This document shows positions 1 to 9,280 of a stretch of DNA of 32,000 bases, piece by piece (within the stretch, counting starts at the first letter, position 1; every line of letters starts with the position of its first letter). Made by a program: the position numbers and the translations under genes. Under the pieces are notes generated by a model, which was not told the origin of the DNA, ran no database searches, and saw only the letters and a list, made by a program, of their open reading frames with translations. The stretch comes from Vibrio vulnificus CMCP6 (lineage in GTDB: Bacteria; Pseudomonadota; Gammaproteobacteria; Enterobacterales; Vibrionaceae): NCBI RefSeq assembly GCF_000039765.1, contig NC_004459.3, positions 300,001-332,000 on the forward strand, in the 5' to 3' direction.

Positions 1-1278
1 GATCTCTAGCGGACTGTCGTCTTCTTCATCTGGGCTACGAATATCCAGCACCACAGCGTGCTCTTCAATCGCTTGAACTTGCTCTACTTCTGGCGCTGCT
101 TGCGCCGACTCTTTCGCGATATCACGAATGTCCATTTGACGGGCATTGCGTACCACTTGTTCCAAGATATCGAAATTGAAGTTGGCTTCTTCCGCTTCGA
201 GCTTCTCTTTGACTGCTTTCACGGTTGGCTTCTTCGAAATCACGCCACAGTATTCTGGCATGGTTTTGGCGAAATCTTCGGTGCCGATGTCACGTGCAAC
301 TTTAATGATCTCGTCTTTATCCCAGTTGATTAGAGGACGTAGAATCAAACGATCGGTCACCACATCAATGTGGCGTAAGTTGGTCAAAGTTTGGCTTGAT
401 ACTTGGCCTAGGGCTTCACCAGTTACCAAAGCTTGAATATCAAACTTCTCGGCAACCATGCCAGCTGCACGCATGAACATACGTTTTAGCACAACGCCCA
501 TTTGACCGTCTTCAACCTTCTCTAAAATCTCCGCCACTACAGGCTCAAAATCAACAGAGATGAAGCGAACTTTGGCTGAAGAGCCGTATTTGTTCCACAA
601 GAAGTGAGCCACTTGTTTTACGCCGATTTCATGCGCAGGGCCACCCAGATTGAAGAAACAGTAATGCACTTTAGAGCCACGCTTGATGTGCAGATAGCTC
701 GAAACACCCGAATCAAAACCACCAGAGATCAGGCTCAGCAGATCTTCTTGCGTGCCCAGAGGGAAACCGCCAAGACCTTTGTGATGGGCCAAAATCTGGT
801 TCAGTTTGTCATCCACCACTTCAATCTTGATGGTAATGTCTGGGTTGTGCAGTTTGACCGAGGCGCTCTCGACCGATTGATTTAAGCCACCACCGACGTA
901 ACGCTCCAGCTCAATTGAGGTAAAGTCATGCTTACCACGGCGCTTAGCACGCACCACAAAGGTTTTGTTTTCAATGCGCTCGCGGCTGAGCTCCAACACT
1001 TGCTCATAGATGTCGTGCAGATCTTTAAAGCCAGATTGCTTCACTTCCAACACTTGCTGAATGCCAGGTGTCGTCGTCAAGATTTCGAGCACTTGTTGGT
1101 AATATTGATGGCTGTTAGCCGACACTTCGATATGATCGCGACGGTTAAAGACAGCCACAGATTCAGTGCGATTCTGAATAATGATTCGGATGTTGCTCTC
1201 AAGAATCTTGGTAAAGCGCTTACGTACCGACTCACTCTTTACAAAAATTTCTGGATGGGGCTTTACAATAAATTTCAT
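1..1278 (-). CDS. thiI: tRNA 4-thiouridine synthase / thiamine sulfur-transfer protein ThiI, partial (C-terminal roughly 50-60 aa lie beyond nt 1)
   Basis: Absent from the ORF track because there is no stop in the window. The reverse complement of 1201-1278 reads [26 protein letters not shown], which matches the ThiI N-terminus (E. coli [22 protein letters not shown]). The frame stays open for 426 codons to nt 1 and ends ..[20 protein letters not shown]. The + strand track ORFs at 58-1369 are antisense artefacts. Confidence 0.9.
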   Translation of the reverse strand, partial: MKFIVKPHPEIFVKSESVRKRFTKILESNIRIIIQNRTESVAVFNRRDHIEVSANSHQYYQQVLEILTTTPGIQQVLEVKQSGFKDLHDIYEQVLELSRERIENKTFVVRAKRRGKHDFTSIELERYVGGGLNQSVESASVKLHNPDITIKIEVVDDKLNQILAHHKGLGGFPLGTQEDLLSLISGGFDSGVSSYLHIKRGSKVHYCFFNLGGPAHEIGVKQVAHFLWNKYGSSAKVRFISVDFEPVVAEILEKVEDGQMGVVLKRMFMRAAGMVAEKFDIQALVTGEALGQVSSQTLTNLRHIDVVTDRLILRPLINWDKDEIIKVARDIGTEDFAKTMPEYCGVISKKPTVKAVKEKLEAEEANFNFDILEQVVRNARQMDIRDIAKESAQAAPEVEQVQAIEEHAVVLDIRSPDEEDDSPLEI

Positions 1279-1373
1279 AGTTCAATTCGCAGTCTGTTGG
1301 CTATCAATTCACACCGCAGCTTGCACTAAGGTGTGGGACTTAGGGCGCAAGATTATACACGAATTATAACCAT

Positions 1374-1400
1374 AAAAAAGACGAGCATTTCTGCTCATCT
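1374..1400 (-). terminator. Rho-independent terminator after pomB
   Basis: The minus strand reads AGAUGAGCA-GAAA-UGCUCGUCU (one G-U pair) followed by UUUUUU. It lies 23 nt downstream of the pomB stop. Confidence 0.6.
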
Positions 1401-1422
1401 TTTATTCAACTGACGTACCCAA

Positions 1423-2376
1423 TTACTGGTCTTGAGGAATGGCTGGAATTTCATCACTATACAAAGGCTCACCTTGCATAATGCTGATTTCCACTCGGCG
1501 GTTTCTTGCTCGGTTTTCTTCAGTATCGTTATCGACCAGAGGATCGGTATCAGCCATGCCTCGCACCCGTAGGCGCTGATGAGAAAATCCGCGCACTTTT
1601 TCCATCTCTTGCGCCACCGAAACGGCACGTTGCGCAGAGAGATCCCAGTTAGAACGATAAAGCTCCGAATCAAGACGCTGATTGTCCGTGTGGCCTGAAA
1701 TCCGCACAATGCCAGGGACATCTTTCACCAACTCAGCAATTTGTCGCACTAGCGGGCGGAATTTCGGCTGCAAGAACGCAGAGCCTTCTGGGAAGGCGCC
1801 CTTCTCTCGCATGCGAATCACAATTTGCTGCCCCAAGTTTTCCACTTCAATCGCCCCTTGCTCTATTTCACGCTCAAGGGCCTTCTTGATGCTTTCCATC
1901 AGCGTTTCCATCTCTTTCGACATGGCTTCCGATTGCTGCTGTTGCTGTTGTTGTTCGGTATTTTGGTTGGTCTGGGTCGAGGTTTCAGGCGACTGCCCGC
2001 CCGTCATTTTGCCTTGGTCACGCTGAGTACCACCAGCACGATCCGACTCTCCCTCATGAAACTCTAAGGTTTGCTGGGTGATATCAATGGTTTGCTGCAT
2101 GATCACGTCAATCGGTGTCGGCTCTGGACGCCCCGGACGAAATTCTTGAGCGATGATGCTGGTGCCTTTGGGGATGTCTTTCACCTCAAGGCGGTTTTGC
2201 ACACCAAAGGCAAATTTCATTGAGCCTGCGATCTGTTTGAACTTCAGTACATCCATTTCCGAAAACGAAAGCAGCAGTACGAAGAAACACATCAACAGTG
2301 ACATCAAGTCAGCGAAGGTACCCATCCACAGAGGTAATCCGGGAGGGGGACAATCACATTTGCTATCGTCATCCAT
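1423..2376 (-). CDS. pomB: Sodium-type polar flagellar motor stator protein PomB (MotB family)
   Basis: The N-terminus MDDDSKCDCPPPGLPLWMGTFADLMSLLMCFFVLLL carries the conserved TM aspartate. The C-terminus has an OmpA-like peptidoglycan-binding region (SNWDLSAQRA...NRRVEI). It sits immediately downstream of pomA. The track start at 2379 is a GTG; the ATG at 2376 has GGGAG 8 nt upstream and matches Vibrio PomB N-termini as I recall them. Confidence 0.9.
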   Translation of the reverse strand: MDDDSKCDCPPPGLPLWMGTFADLMSLLMCFFVLLLSFSEMDVLKFKQIAGSMKFAFGVQNRLEVKDIPKGTSIIAQEFRPGRPEPTPIDVIMQQTIDITQQTLEFHEGESDRAGGTQRDQGKMTGGQSPETSTQTNQNTEQQQQQQQSEAMSKEMETLMESIKKALEREIEQGAIEVENLGQQIVIRMREKGAFPEGSAFLQPKFRPLVRQIAELVKDVPGIVRISGHTDNQRLDSELYRSNWDLSAQRAVSVAQEMEKVRGFSHQRLRVRGMADTDPLVDNDTEENRARNRRVEISIMQGEPLYSDEIPAIPQDQ

Positions 2377-2391
2377 CACATACTCCCGTGA

Positions 2392-3153
2392 TTAATCGTT
2401 GATATCGAGGGCACGCTTGCTCTCGTTGAGGTAGTTTTTCAAATAGCTGTCGATAACACGTGGGTTCTGGCCATCTTGGATCGCCAACACGCCGTCCATG
2501 ATCAAACGACGATTAAGGGTCTCTTGGTCGCGACGAAGCGCCAATTTATCCGCAATCGGGAAGAACACCATGTTCGACAAAATCGCACCGTAGAGTGTGG
2601 TCAAAAGCGCAACCGCCATCGCAGGGCCGATGGATTTGGGGTCATCCATGTTGGACAACATCGCCACCAGACCAACAAGGGTACCGATCATCCCCATCGC
2701 AGGCGCAACGTCACCAAACGCGCGAAACACGCCCGTTCCTTGCGTGTGACGTTCATCGGTCAGAGCAATGTCTTTCTGTAGTGCTGCACGCACCACATCG
2801 GCGTCGTGGCCATCCACCAACAAATCAATGCCTTTTTGCATGAAGCTGTTGGAGATCTCCATCTCTTCCAAGGCCAAGAAACCGCCTTTACGTGCCGCGT
2901 CCGCCATTTCGACAATTTTCGCAATCAAATCTTCTGGTTCATCGGCTTTGAACATGAAGGCTTTGCCCGCAATCTTCGCCGCGCCAAAAAATTGCCCCAT
3001 CGTAAACTTCATCAATACAACGAAGATTGAACCACCGACAACGATGAGGATTGAGGTTACATCGACGAACATCATGATGCTGCCGCCAAGAATCATCGCC
3101 ATCACGACGAAAGCAAGGCCACCTATCAAACCTAAAAGGGTTGCTAAATCCAC
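2392..3153 (-). CDS. pomA: Sodium-type polar flagellar motor stator protein PomA (MotA family)
   Basis: 253-aa four-TM MotA/TolQ/ExbB-family protein. It is near-identical over its length to Vibrio PomA as I recall it (MDLATLLGLIGG...KFTMGQFFGA..KIAGKAFMFKADEPEDLIAKIVEMADAARKGGFLALEEMEI). GTG start preceded by AGGAG. Confidence 0.92.
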   Translation of the reverse strand: MDLATLLGLIGGLAFVVMAMILGGSIMMFVDVTSILIVVGGSIFVVLMKFTMGQFFGAAKIAGKAFMFKADEPEDLIAKIVEMADAARKGGFLALEEMEISNSFMQKGIDLLVDGHDADVVRAALQKDIALTDERHTQGTGVFRAFGDVAPAMGMIGTLVGLVAMLSNMDDPKSIGPAMAVALLTTLYGAILSNMVFFPIADKLALRRDQETLNRRLIMDGVLAIQDGQNPRVIDSYLKNYLNESKRALDIND

Positions 3154-3208
3154 AAAGCACTCCTCATGCTATTTTCCGATTTACCGCAATATAAAGAGAT
3201 TATTTTCT

Positions 3209-3235
3209 TTATCGACAATGAGTAACGATCTTTTA
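3209..3235 (-). promoter_or_regulatory. Candidate sigma28 (FliA) promoter for pomAB
   Basis: The minus strand reads TAAAagat-N11-GTCGATAA against the enteric/Vibrio sigma28 consensus TAAAgttt-N11-GCCGATAA. That is one mismatch in the -10 element with correct spacing. It lies about 55 nt upstream of the pomA GTG. Confidence 0.6.
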
Positions 3236-3462
3236 GAAAAAACTTGGCCAACAAGTCACAATTTTGCCGCAAAGCGTCAAAATAAAGCCGTTACCCTTGA
3301 TTATTTCGATGAGGCGGCAAAGTGCCGGGCATCATCTCGAGGCTTTTTACAAGTTATAGCAAGTTTACTGCCATTTTAACGCTCACGGGCAACCTTTTTG
3401 TTAGCGAGTCAATATTCTCCTCCTTATTAACCTCATTTTCAGATAAATTTGCCCGCTTAAAT

Positions 3463-3491
3463 TTGACCAAGTCAGCGTGCTAAGGTAACTT
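3463..3491 (+). promoter_or_regulatory. Candidate sigma70 promoter for xseB-ispA-dxs
   Basis: TTGACC, 17 nt spacer, TAACTT, ending 30 nt before the xseB ATG. Pattern match only. Confidence 0.35.
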
Positions 3492-3520
3492 GCGGGCATT
3501 CTTTTAAAGGCAGAATAGAT

Positions 3521-3763
3521 ATGGCAACCAAGAAACCAGAAAACATGTCCTTCGAAGCAACCATCGAAGAATTGGACAATTTGGTGGATCAACTGGAAAA
3601 CGGTGATCTGGCTTTAGATGACGCTCTTAAGAAATTTGAGCGTGGGATCGCATTAGCCAGAGCCAGCCAAGCTAAACTAACAGAAGCAGAACAAAGAGTT
3701 AGCATTTTACTGAGCGACAGTGATGATGCTCCTCTCAGCGATTTCTCCACCTTGGCAGAGTAA
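3521..3763 (+). CDS. xseB: Exodeoxyribonuclease VII small subunit
   Basis: 80-aa protein with the typical XseB helical sequence (FEATIEELDNLVDQLENGDLALDDALKKFERGIALARASQAKL). Shows the conserved xseB-ispA-dxs order. Confidence 0.93.
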   Translation: MATKKPENMSFEATIEELDNLVDQLENGDLALDDALKKFERGIALARASQAKLTEAEQRVSILLSDSDDAPLSDFSTLAE

Positions 3764-3771
3764 TGTTTTAA

Positions 3772-4668
3772 ATGGATAACTCTATGATTGACGTCCTTGC
3801 GTCTTTTCAGCAGCGTAACAACCAACAACTCAATCTTTGGCTCGATAAACTGCCACACCAAAATCAAGCGCTGATCCAAGCGATGCGCTATGGATTAGTG
3901 TTAGGTGGAAAACGTGCTCGCCCATTTTTGGTGTATGCCACCGGTGAGATGCTTGGTTGCAGCCAAGAGCAGCTCGACACACCTGCGTCAGCGATTGAGT
4001 GTATCCATGCTTACTCTCTTATCCATGATGATCTGCCAGCCATGGATGATGATGAACTGCGCCGTGGCCAACCGACCTGCCATGTTAAATTTGACGAAGC
4101 CACCGCCATTTTAACCGGTGATGCTTTACAAACGCTCGCATTCACCATTCTCGCTGAAGGTACATTGTCTGCTGATGGAGAAACACAACGTGTTGCCATG
4201 ATCCAAGCATTGGCGCAAGCCTCTGGAGCGCAAGGCATGTGCATTGGTCAGGCGTTGGATTTGGCTGCGGAAAACCGCGCAGTCACGCTGGAAGAGTTAG
4301 AAGAGATTCACCGTAACAAAACCGGCGCTTTGATCCGTTGTGCGGTACGCTTAGGTGCCTTAGCAGCAGGCGAAAAAGGTTTGGCGATTTTGCCTCAGTT
4401 GGAGAAGTACTCCACGGCGATTGGGTTAGCATTTCAGGTGCAAGATGACATTTTGGATATCATTAGCGATACCGAAACGCTCGGGAAGCCACAAGGTTCT
4501 GACCAAGAACTCAACAAGAGTACCTACCCATCGCTGCTGGGTTTAGAAGGCGCAATGGAGAAAGCTCACACTCTGTTACATGAAGCACTTCAAGCTTTGG
4601 AAGCAATCCCATACAATACCCAACACTTAGAAGAGTTCGCCCGATACGTCGTCGAGCGCAAGAACTAA
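3772..4668 (+). CDS. ispA: (2E,6E)-farnesyl diphosphate synthase
   Basis: 298 aa. Contains both polyprenyl synthase Asp-rich motifs (LIHDDLPAMDDDELRRG and FQVQDDILD). The length and N-terminal region parallel E. coli IspA. Confidence 0.93.
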   Translation: MDNSMIDVLASFQQRNNQQLNLWLDKLPHQNQALIQAMRYGLVLGGKRARPFLVYATGEMLGCSQEQLDTPASAIECIHAYSLIHDDLPAMDDDELRRGQPTCHVKFDEATAILTGDALQTLAFTILAEGTLSADGETQRVAMIQALAQASGAQGMCIGQALDLAAENRAVTLEELEEIHRNKTGALIRCAVRLGALAAGEKGLAILPQLEKYSTAIGLAFQVQDDILDIISDTETLGKPQGSDQELNKSTYPSLLGLEGAMEKAHTLLHEALQALEAIPYNTQHLEEFARYVVERKN

Positions 4669-4688
4669 CACAATAAGCGCGCATACCT

Positions 4689-6554
4689 ATGACTCTTGAT
4701 ATTTCAAAGTACCCGACACTGGCACTAGCAGAAACACCCGATGAGCTGCGTCTCTTACCAAAAGAGACGTTGCCAACACTGTGCGATGAATTACGCACTT
4801 ACTTACTGAACTCCGTCAGTCAATCAAGCGGTCACCTAGCCTCTGGTCTTGGCACCGTTGAGCTTACGGTTGCCCTTCACTACGTTTACAACACGCCTTT
4901 TGATCAACTGATTTGGGATGTCGGCCATCAAGCGTACCCACACAAAATCCTGACTGGTCGTCGTGAACAAATGCCGACTATCCGTCAAAAAGGCGGCTTA
5001 CACCCTTTTCCATGGCGTGAAGAAAGTGAGTACGACACCCTGTCTGTGGGCCACTCTTCGACCTCGATCAGTGCAGCACTTGGTATGGCCATCTGCGCAG
5101 AAAAAGAAGGCCAAAACCGCAAAGTCGTTAGTGTAATTGGTGATGGCGCGATCACGGCAGGCATGGCGTTTGAAGCAATGAACCATGCTGGCGATGTACA
5201 CAGCGATATGCTCGTGATCCTCAATGACAACGAAATGTCGATTTCCGAAAACGTGGGCGCGCTTAACAACCATCTTGCTCGTGTCCTTTCTGGCAATCTT
5301 TATACCTCCATCCGTGAAGGTGGCAAGAAAGTGCTCTCTGGCGTGCCGCCGATTAAAGAGCTGGTTCGTCGTACCGAAGAGCATCTTAAAGGCATGGTGG
5401 TTCCGGGCACCCTTTTCGAAGAACTGGGTTTCAACTACATTGGCCCGATTGATGGCCACGATGTGGTGGAGCTGGTCAAAACCCTGAAGAACATGCGCGA
5501 GCTAAAAGGCCCGCAGTTCTTACATATCATGACCAAGAAAGGCAAAGGTTATGAGCCTGCCGAAAAAGATCCGATTGGCTATCACGGTGTGCCAAAGTTC
5601 GATCCTGCCCATAATAGCCTGCCGAAAAGCAGTGGTGGTAAGCCAAGTTTTTCCAATATTTTTGGCGATTTCCTTTGTGACATGGCCGCGCAAGATCCAA
5701 AACTAATGGCGATCACTCCAGCCATGCGTGAAGGCTCCGGCATGGTGCGTTTCTCTAAAGAATACCCAGAGCAATATTTCGATGTGGCGATTGCAGAGCA
5801 GCACGCAGTGACACTGGCTACCGGGATGGCCATTGGCGGCTACAACCCGATTGTGGCGATTTACTCGACGTTCTTGCAACGCGGCTATGACCAACTGATC
5901 CACGATGTGGCAATCATGAACCTGCCTGTGATGTTCGCGATTGACCGCGCTGGTTTGGTGGGCGCAGATGGTCAAACTCACCAAGGCGCGTTCGATTTAA
6001 GCTACATGCGCTGTATTCCAAACATGGTGATCATGGCGCCAAGCGATGAGAACGAATGCCGCCAAATGCTCTATACCGGCCACAAACATCAAGGACCGAG
6101 CGCGGTGCGTTACCCTCGTGGCAATGGCATGGGCACGCCTATCGAATCTGAATTTACCGCGCTTGAGATTGGTAAAGGCCGCTTGGTTCGCCAAGGCGAA
6201 AAGGTAGCCATTCTGAGTTTCGGCACCTTTTTAGCCAATGCGCTTGAAGCGGCAGAGGCATTGAATGCGACCGTTGCAGACATGCGTTTTGTTAAACCTC
6301 TTGATGAAGCACTTCTTCGTCAATTGGCCAACGAGCATGATGTGCTCATCACGATTGAAGAAAACGCCATTGCCGGTGGTGCGGGTGCGGGCGTGATCGA
6401 GTTTATGATGCAAGAAAAGATCATGAAACCAGTCTTGAACCTTGGTCTACCAGATAAGTTCATTCATCAAGGTACTCAAGAAGAGTTGCATGAAGAACTC
6501 GGCTTAGATGCCAAAGGCATTGAACAAGCGATTCGCCACTATCTTGCAAAATAA
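4689..6554 (+). CDS. dxs: 1-deoxy-D-xylulose-5-phosphate synthase
   Basis: 621 aa. Has a TPP-binding GDG(X)nNDN motif ([20 protein letters not shown]...[10 protein letters not shown]) and is colinear with E. coli Dxs (620 aa). Confidence 0.97.
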   Translation: MTLDISKYPTLALAETPDELRLLPKETLPTLCDELRTYLLNSVSQSSGHLASGLGTVELTVALHYVYNTPFDQLIWDVGHQAYPHKILTGRREQMPTIRQKGGLHPFPWREESEYDTLSVGHSSTSISAALGMAICAEKEGQNRKVVSVIGDGAITAGMAFEAMNHAGDVHSDMLVILNDNEMSISENVGALNNHLARVLSGNLYTSIREGGKKVLSGVPPIKELVRRTEEHLKGMVVPGTLFEELGFNYIGPIDGHDVVELVKTLKNMRELKGPQFLHIMTKKGKGYEPAEKDPIGYHGVPKFDPAHNSLPKSSGGKPSFSNIFGDFLCDMAAQDPKLMAITPAMREGSGMVRFSKEYPEQYFDVAIAEQHAVTLATGMAIGGYNPIVAIYSTFLQRGYDQLIHDVAIMNLPVMFAIDRAGLVGADGQTHQGAFDLSYMRCIPNMVIMAPSDENECRQMLYTGHKHQGPSAVRYPRGNGMGTPIESEFTALEIGKGRLVRQGEKVAILSFGTFLANALEAAEALNATVADMRFVKPLDEALLRQLANEHDVLITIEENAIAGGAGAGVIEFMMQEKIMKPVLNLGLPDKFIHQGTQEELHEELGLDAKGIEQAIRHYLAK

Positions 6555-6573
6555 AGTAAAGACGAACAGACAC

Positions 6574-6606
6574 AAAAAAGGGATTGGCAAAGCCAATCCC
6601 TTTTGT
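6574..6606. terminator. Bidirectional rho-independent terminator between convergent dxs and pgpA
   Basis: GGGATTGGC-AAA-GCCAATCCC (6580-6600), flanked by an A-run on the left and a T-run on the right. Confidence 0.75.
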
Positions 6607-6622
6607 TTATGCCTTATCTGGC

Positions 6623-7126
6623 TTATAGCCAACCAGCAAAATACCCTAGCACATAGAGAGAAATGGCAGACATCACCCCTGCGACAATGTCATCCAGCAT
6701 TATGCCTAACCCACCATGCACACGCTTATCCAACCAGCCAATCGGCCAAGGTTTGACCATATCGAAGAAGCGGAACAATACGAACCCTGCGCCTACCCAT
6801 TTCAACTCAGAAATGGGAATTTGCAACGCAGGCATGATGGTCATGGTGATCCAAAAGCCAGCAAACTCATCCCAGACAATCGAGCCGTGATCGTGCACAC
6901 CCATGTCATCTGACGTCACCTGGCAAATTTTAATACCGACTAAACAAGCAGCGAGAACAATCACCAAATAGACAGGAAGAGGCAATGGAGCGAAAACCAA
7001 AAACAGAGGAATGGATGCCAACGTCCCCATGGTGCCAGGGATAATCGGCGATAAGCCACTGCCAAACCCCGTTGCCAATAAATGCCAAGGATTATTTAAA
7101 GAAATTTTATCAAGTGGATTGTTCAT
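6623..7126 (-). CDS. pgpA: Phosphatidylglycerophosphatase A
   Basis: 167-aa hydrophobic protein with PgpA signatures (GFGSGLSPIIPGTMGT..., DEFAGFWIT, FRFFDMVKPWPI). Shows the conserved thiL-pgpA adjacency. Confidence 0.9.
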   Translation of the reverse strand: MNNPLDKISLNNPWHLLATGFGSGLSPIIPGTMGTLASIPLFLVFAPLPLPVYLVIVLAACLVGIKICQVTSDDMGVHDHGSIVWDEFAGFWITMTIMPALQIPISELKWVGAGFVLFRFFDMVKPWPIGWLDKRVHGGLGIMLDDIVAGVMSAISLYVLGYFAGWL

Positions 7127-7131
7127 GGTGA

Positions 7132-8100
7132 TTACGCCTTAAAGTGGTCAAAGCCACTCAAATCCCAGTTTAATTTTGTGCCATCATCATGGAGTTCAAA
7201 AAAACCATGTGGACGAATTTGCCCGATACACGTCACTTTGCAACCAACGTGTGCCAAGGCACTTTCGATTGTTCCTCTTGCCTCTTCGGGCACGGTAAAA
7301 CAAAGCTCGTATTCTTCGCCGCTGGTCAGCGCATATTGAAGTGCCATTTCGCGCTCGGTCAAAAAAGAGAGCAGTTCAGATGAAATCGGCAGCTTAGAGA
7401 CATCCAGGCTAACACCAACCTGAGAGCGGTTTAAGATGTGCCCTAAATCCGCAATTAAGCCATCGGAGATATCGATCGCCGCCGAGGCTAATCCGACCAA
7501 CGCTTGCCCTGCTAAAATCCGCGGCATACTCATATAGTGCGCTTTTTCTAGCGCTTGTGCGGCTGGGCGAGTACGCAAGTTGCTATCGAGAATCACATCC
7601 AATCCCGCCTTTGCATCGCCTAGCGTCCCCGTAACAAACACATAGTCGCCCGGTTTGGCACCACTGCGCGTGATCGCTTTCCCTTCAGGGACAAACCCTT
7701 GCACCGTCATGGTCAAACTCAGTGGACCTTTCGTCGTGTCACCACCAATGAGCTGTATGCCGAAGTAATCCGCCAGCTTAAAAAAACCATCACAAAAGGG
7801 AGCCAACCAGGCTTCGTCGGCTAGCGGCATAGTCAGAGCAAATGAGACCCACGCAGGTGTTGCCCCCATGGCCGCCAAATCGCTGATGTTCGATGCTAGC
7901 GCCTTATGCGCCACCCAAGCGGGATCGGCATCGGCTAAGAAATGAGTGCCACATACTAGGGTATCGGTGCTAATGGCAATTTGCACGTTGCTTGGTGGCT
8001 TAACTAGCGCGCAGTCGTCTCCAGCGGCTAGGTGTACATCTTTACGTTGTGCCTGACGGCCAACGAAGTATTTTTCAATCAGATTAAACTCGCCTGACAT
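7132..8100 (-). CDS. thiL: Thiamine-monophosphate kinase
   Basis: From the ATG at 8100 the protein reads MSGEFNLIEKYF...GDDCALV, which parallels E. coli ThiL (MACGEFSLIARYF...GDDCALL). 322 aa. The track's 12-codon N-terminal extension was removed. Confidence 0.9.
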   Translation of the reverse strand: MSGEFNLIEKYFVGRQAQRKDVHLAAGDDCALVKPPSNVQIAISTDTLVCGTHFLADADPAWVAHKALASNISDLAAMGATPAWVSFALTMPLADEAWLAPFCDGFFKLADYFGIQLIGGDTTKGPLSLTMTVQGFVPEGKAITRSGAKPGDYVFVTGTLGDAKAGLDVILDSNLRTRPAAQALEKAHYMSMPRILAGQALVGLASAAIDISDGLIADLGHILNRSQVGVSLDVSKLPISSELLSFLTEREMALQYALTSGEEYELCFTVPEEARGTIESALAHVGCKVTCIGQIRPHGFFELHDDGTKLNWDLSGFDHFKA

Positions 8101-8166
8101 CAAAATCCTTTCCTTTGTTATAAAAAAGGCCAGCATTGTGCTGACCTTTTCGTTATTCAGTGACGC

Positions 8167-8634
8167 TTATTTTTTGCGTACGTGCGGTGCGGCTTTATCA
8201 AGCACACCGTTGACAAACTTGTGGCTGTCTTCAGCGGCAAAAACTTTAGCCAGTTCAATCGCTTCGTTAATCACAACTTTGTAAGGTACGTCTTCACGGC
8301 GAGTCATTTCGTACATCGCCAAACGTAACAACGCCAGTTCCATCATATCCAAATCTTGCATTGGACGAGAAACGTAAGGGCGAATCTTACTATCCAGTTC
8401 GGTGTGGCTTAGAACAACACCGGTCAACAAGTCGCGGAAGTATGCTACGTCAGTCTCCGGAGCTGCTAGTGCAGGCTCAGCAGCACGATGCTCTTCTTCA
8501 TCATACTTTTCGCCAGCCAAAAACTGAGCTTCGATAGTGGCAACATTTTCTTTAGTAATTTGCCATGAATAGATTGCTTGTAAAGCGAATTGACGTGCGT
8601 TACGACGTGCGGCTGGTTTCACACTGGCCCCCAT
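8167..8634 (-). CDS. nusB: Transcription antitermination factor NusB
   Basis: [19 protein letters not shown]...[13 protein letters not shown] closely parallels E. coli NusB. The ATG at 8634 overlaps the ribH stop by 1 nt. An alternative GTG at 8622 has GGGGG 5 nt upstream and would give MKPAARR, exactly like the E. coli N-terminus. Confidence 0.9.
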   Translation of the reverse strand: MGASVKPAARRNARQFALQAIYSWQITKENVATIEAQFLAGEKYDEEEHRAAEPALAAPETDVAYFRDLLTGVVLSHTELDSKIRPYVSRPMQDLDMMELALLRLAMYEMTRREDVPYKVVINEAIELAKVFAAEDSHKFVNGVLDKAAPHVRKK

Positions 8635-9104
8635 TAGGAATCAATTTCAGAAAGAACGTTTATCATCTCAAGTGCGCTCAGTGCAGCTTCTGCACCTTTG
8701 TTACCAGCCTTGGTTCCTGCGCGTTCAATAGCTTGATCGATAGTATCAACGGTCAATACGCCAAATGCCACTGGAATACTAAATTCAAGAGACACTTGTG
8801 CTAGACCTTTATTCATTTCACTACAAACATAGTCGAAGTGTGGTGTACCACCACGGATCACTGAGCCAAGAGATACAATCGCGTCGAACTTACCTGTTTT
8901 TGCTACGCGCTGAGCCACTAGAGGTAGTTCAACAGCACCAGGACAACGTACAACGGTGATGTTGTCTTCACTGACTTGACCGTGACGCTTCAAAGTGTCG
9001 ATGGCACCAGACAATAGACTTTCGTTAATAAAACTGTTGAAACGAGAAATAACGATAGCAATTTTTGCGTTTGGCGCAGGGAAGCCACCCTCGATCACTT
9101 TCAT
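8634..9104 (-). CDS. ribH: 6,7-dimethyl-8-ribityllumazine synthase
   Basis: From the ATG at 9104 the protein reads [42 protein letters not shown], which parallels E. coli lumazine synthase. 156 aa. The track's N-terminal extension was removed. Confidence 0.93.
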   Translation of the reverse strand: MKVIEGGFPAPNAKIAIVISRFNSFINESLLSGAIDTLKRHGQVSEDNITVVRCPGAVELPLVAQRVAKTGKFDAIVSLGSVIRGGTPHFDYVCSEMNKGLAQVSLEFSIPVAFGVLTVDTIDQAIERAGTKAGNKGAEAALSALEMINVLSEIDS

Positions 9105-9144
9105 AAGCCTTCCTTTAACTATGTTCATCAAGTGAGAATCGCCG

Positions 9145-9153
9145 GATTCTAGC
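9145..9153 (-). promoter_or_regulatory. Candidate extended -10 promoter element (TGcTAGAAT) for ribH-nusB-thiL-pgpA
   Basis: The minus strand reads TGCTAGAAT about 40 nt upstream of the ribH ATG and downstream of the ribBA terminator. No good -35 element. Pattern match only. Confidence 0.35.
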
Positions 9154-9229
9154 ACAATTTTGTGAGCAATATCTAATGGTATTTCGCCACGAAATACTGC
9201 CTTACAGCGAAGAGATAAGTCGAATTAGG

Positions 9230-9270
9230 GGAGAAAAATAAACGCAGAGTTATTTTCGCTGCGTTTATTT
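9230..9270 (-). terminator. Rho-independent terminator immediately after the ribBA-type gene
   Basis: 11-bp stem AATAAACGCAG / CTGCGTTTATT (9237-9247 and 9259-9269). On the minus strand it is followed by UUUUUCU. It starts 11 nt after the stop codon. Confidence 0.65.
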
Positions 9271-9280
9271 AGAAGTGGTG

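Noticed and set aside
58-1369. Five + strand track ORFs (58-333, 146-436, 604-885, 928-1329, 1181-1369).
   Set aside because: They lie antisense to an uninterrupted 426-codon thiI frame with clear homology. Their translations are low-complexity and Leu/Arg/Phe-rich, as is typical of antisense frames. None has a recognisable family or SD.
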